The notes beneath the pieces were generated by a model. It saw nothing but the letters and a program-made list of their open reading frames with translations, was not told the origin of the DNA and did no database searches. The translations under genes and the position numbers were made by a program. Positions 62,750 to 64,000 of a stretch of DNA of 64,000 bases are shown in pieces; the stretch's first letter is position 1; every line of letters begins with the position of its first letter. The stretch comes from Heterodontus francisci (lineage: Eukaryota), in assembly GCF_036365525.1 (NCBI RefSeq), contig NC_090379.1, positions 110,213,350-110,277,349 on the forward strand. Reading direction: 5' to 3'.

Positions 62750-63270
62750 AGAGGGAAGTTTAAAATGGTTAACTACACTCTTCAGCAGTTCAGCTTTCTT
62801 TGCTTTTTGTTTGAAAGTGATTCCCATCTCTGCAGCTAAGCTTCTTAAATCTTCAATGTTAAATTTATTTAACTTCTTATGGGAAACTTTTCCCTGCTCT
62901 ATAAACTACTTCTCATTAAATGCAGCCGTCTGTTTTGTTTCTGGCACCATAGAGAAAAAAGCAGAAGAATACAAATAAAAGCCTGTTTGTTTACTTTTCC
63001 ACAATTTTGGAGGTCAGTTTTCCTCCTGTTCTCCAAATCTCTCATTTGTCTGGCGTTCAAATCCTGTCTTTGAGCTCCCAATTTGTTATAGCCACGTGGT
63101 GAGGGGATGTAGGTTGTTCCCACTGTTCAATGCCCACTTGACCACAGCAACTGCTTTTTGTTGCTCGGGTTTAATTCCTTTGTGTTTTATTTGCCAAAAA
63201 AATAGACAGTGACAGGTTTTCTTGTAGGGTTAAAACAGGAGATTAAATAACTATTGAGCAATATATCTTA
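62750..63270 (-). mobile_element. Partial LTR, tRNA-Pro-like PBS and gag-like start
   Basis: LTR end ...TATAACA at 63084, then TGGGAGCTC (63072-63080, near TGGGGGCTC); MGITFKQKAKKAELLK follows. Confidence 0.55.
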
Positions 63271-64000
63271 TCCTACCTTAGACACTTCTGTGGGAAACTG
63301 GGTTTCTTCAGTTCGATGTATCACCTGAACATTTCTCCCACTTGTCGTCTAGACAACTCTGCATCCATGATTTGGTTATATATAGCCTTCATCTTCTCCT
63401 GTTGTCCAAGAAGGTTCTAATGCACTGTTGAAAATTTGGACAAATTATGGCTTGGCACTGTTGTTCTCACTTGTCTCCCAAACGTCATTTCTGCTGATGA
63501 TGGTAAGCCCATTTCCAAAGGTGTCACTCTCAGATGTTGCATAATGATCTGGAAGTCTTGATTTGTCTCCCTGCACTTTATGATCAATTCTTTAACATTA
63601 TGGGCCATAATCTCAGCCAGACCATTTGATCTAGGGTAATGTGGCCTGGCAGTCACATGGTTTAAGTCCTATTTGGCGCACATATCTCTAAAGGGCTTGT
63701 CAAAATACTGTGGCCCGTTGCCTGATACGATCTCTTCTGGTTTTCGAAACAGAATGAATATAATACTCATTATGTTTGCAACGGACAAGCTCGAGATATC
63801 CTTCAACTACCGGATGATTGGGAACTTGGAGATGTAGTCCATAACTAAGATAAAATCATCACCATGAGCAGTGAAGAGATCGGTTGCAATCTTGGACCAA
63901 GATTGCGATGGAATGTCCTGAGTGTTTAAAGGGTCTCTGTGCTAACTCAGCTGGTGCCCCTGGCATGCCTCACACATCTTCACCACCTGCTCTATATTGC
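63271..64000 (-). mobile_element. Gypsy-like integrase remnant (runs off the window)
   Basis: WSKIATDLF, VMDYISKFP, GNGPQYF, HYPRSNGLAE, FGRQVRTTVP. Confidence 0.85.

Noticed and set aside
1-64000. CRISPR array, operon or prokaryotic defence system
   Set aside because: No repeat-spacer array or dense coding; spliceosomal introns and vertebrate-type transposons throughout

Overview
Eukaryotic, repeat-rich DNA, very probably from a cartilaginous fish (inferred from HE1-like V-SINEs, HER1/CR1 LINEs, Penelope-like elements and the receptor family). It holds a tandem minus-strand cluster of two-exon, class A GPCR genes of the GPR139/GPR142-like family. Each has a 73-nt exon 1, a phase-1 intron in TM1 and a ~920-940-nt exon 2. 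Paralog A (2582-6896) is a pseudogene with a TAG stop and a young CR1 insertion; B (38693-41882, 330 aa) and C (56462-60683, 336 aa) are intact. An ~18.72-kb near-identical tandem duplication (3998-22715 / 22719-41435) breaks inside A exon 2 and the B intron. This places the promoter and exon 1 of A upstream of an intact extra copy of B exon 2, a potential chimeric receptor. All three paralogs keep an identically spaced promoter module: C/EBP-ATF (TGATGxAAC), kB-like site, TATA. The rest is nested transposon debris: RTE, CR1, Penelope with a minimal hammerhead-like motif, Gypsy/Copia pieces, Harbinger, hAT and SINEs. Decayed repeat boundaries are approximate and were read by eye.
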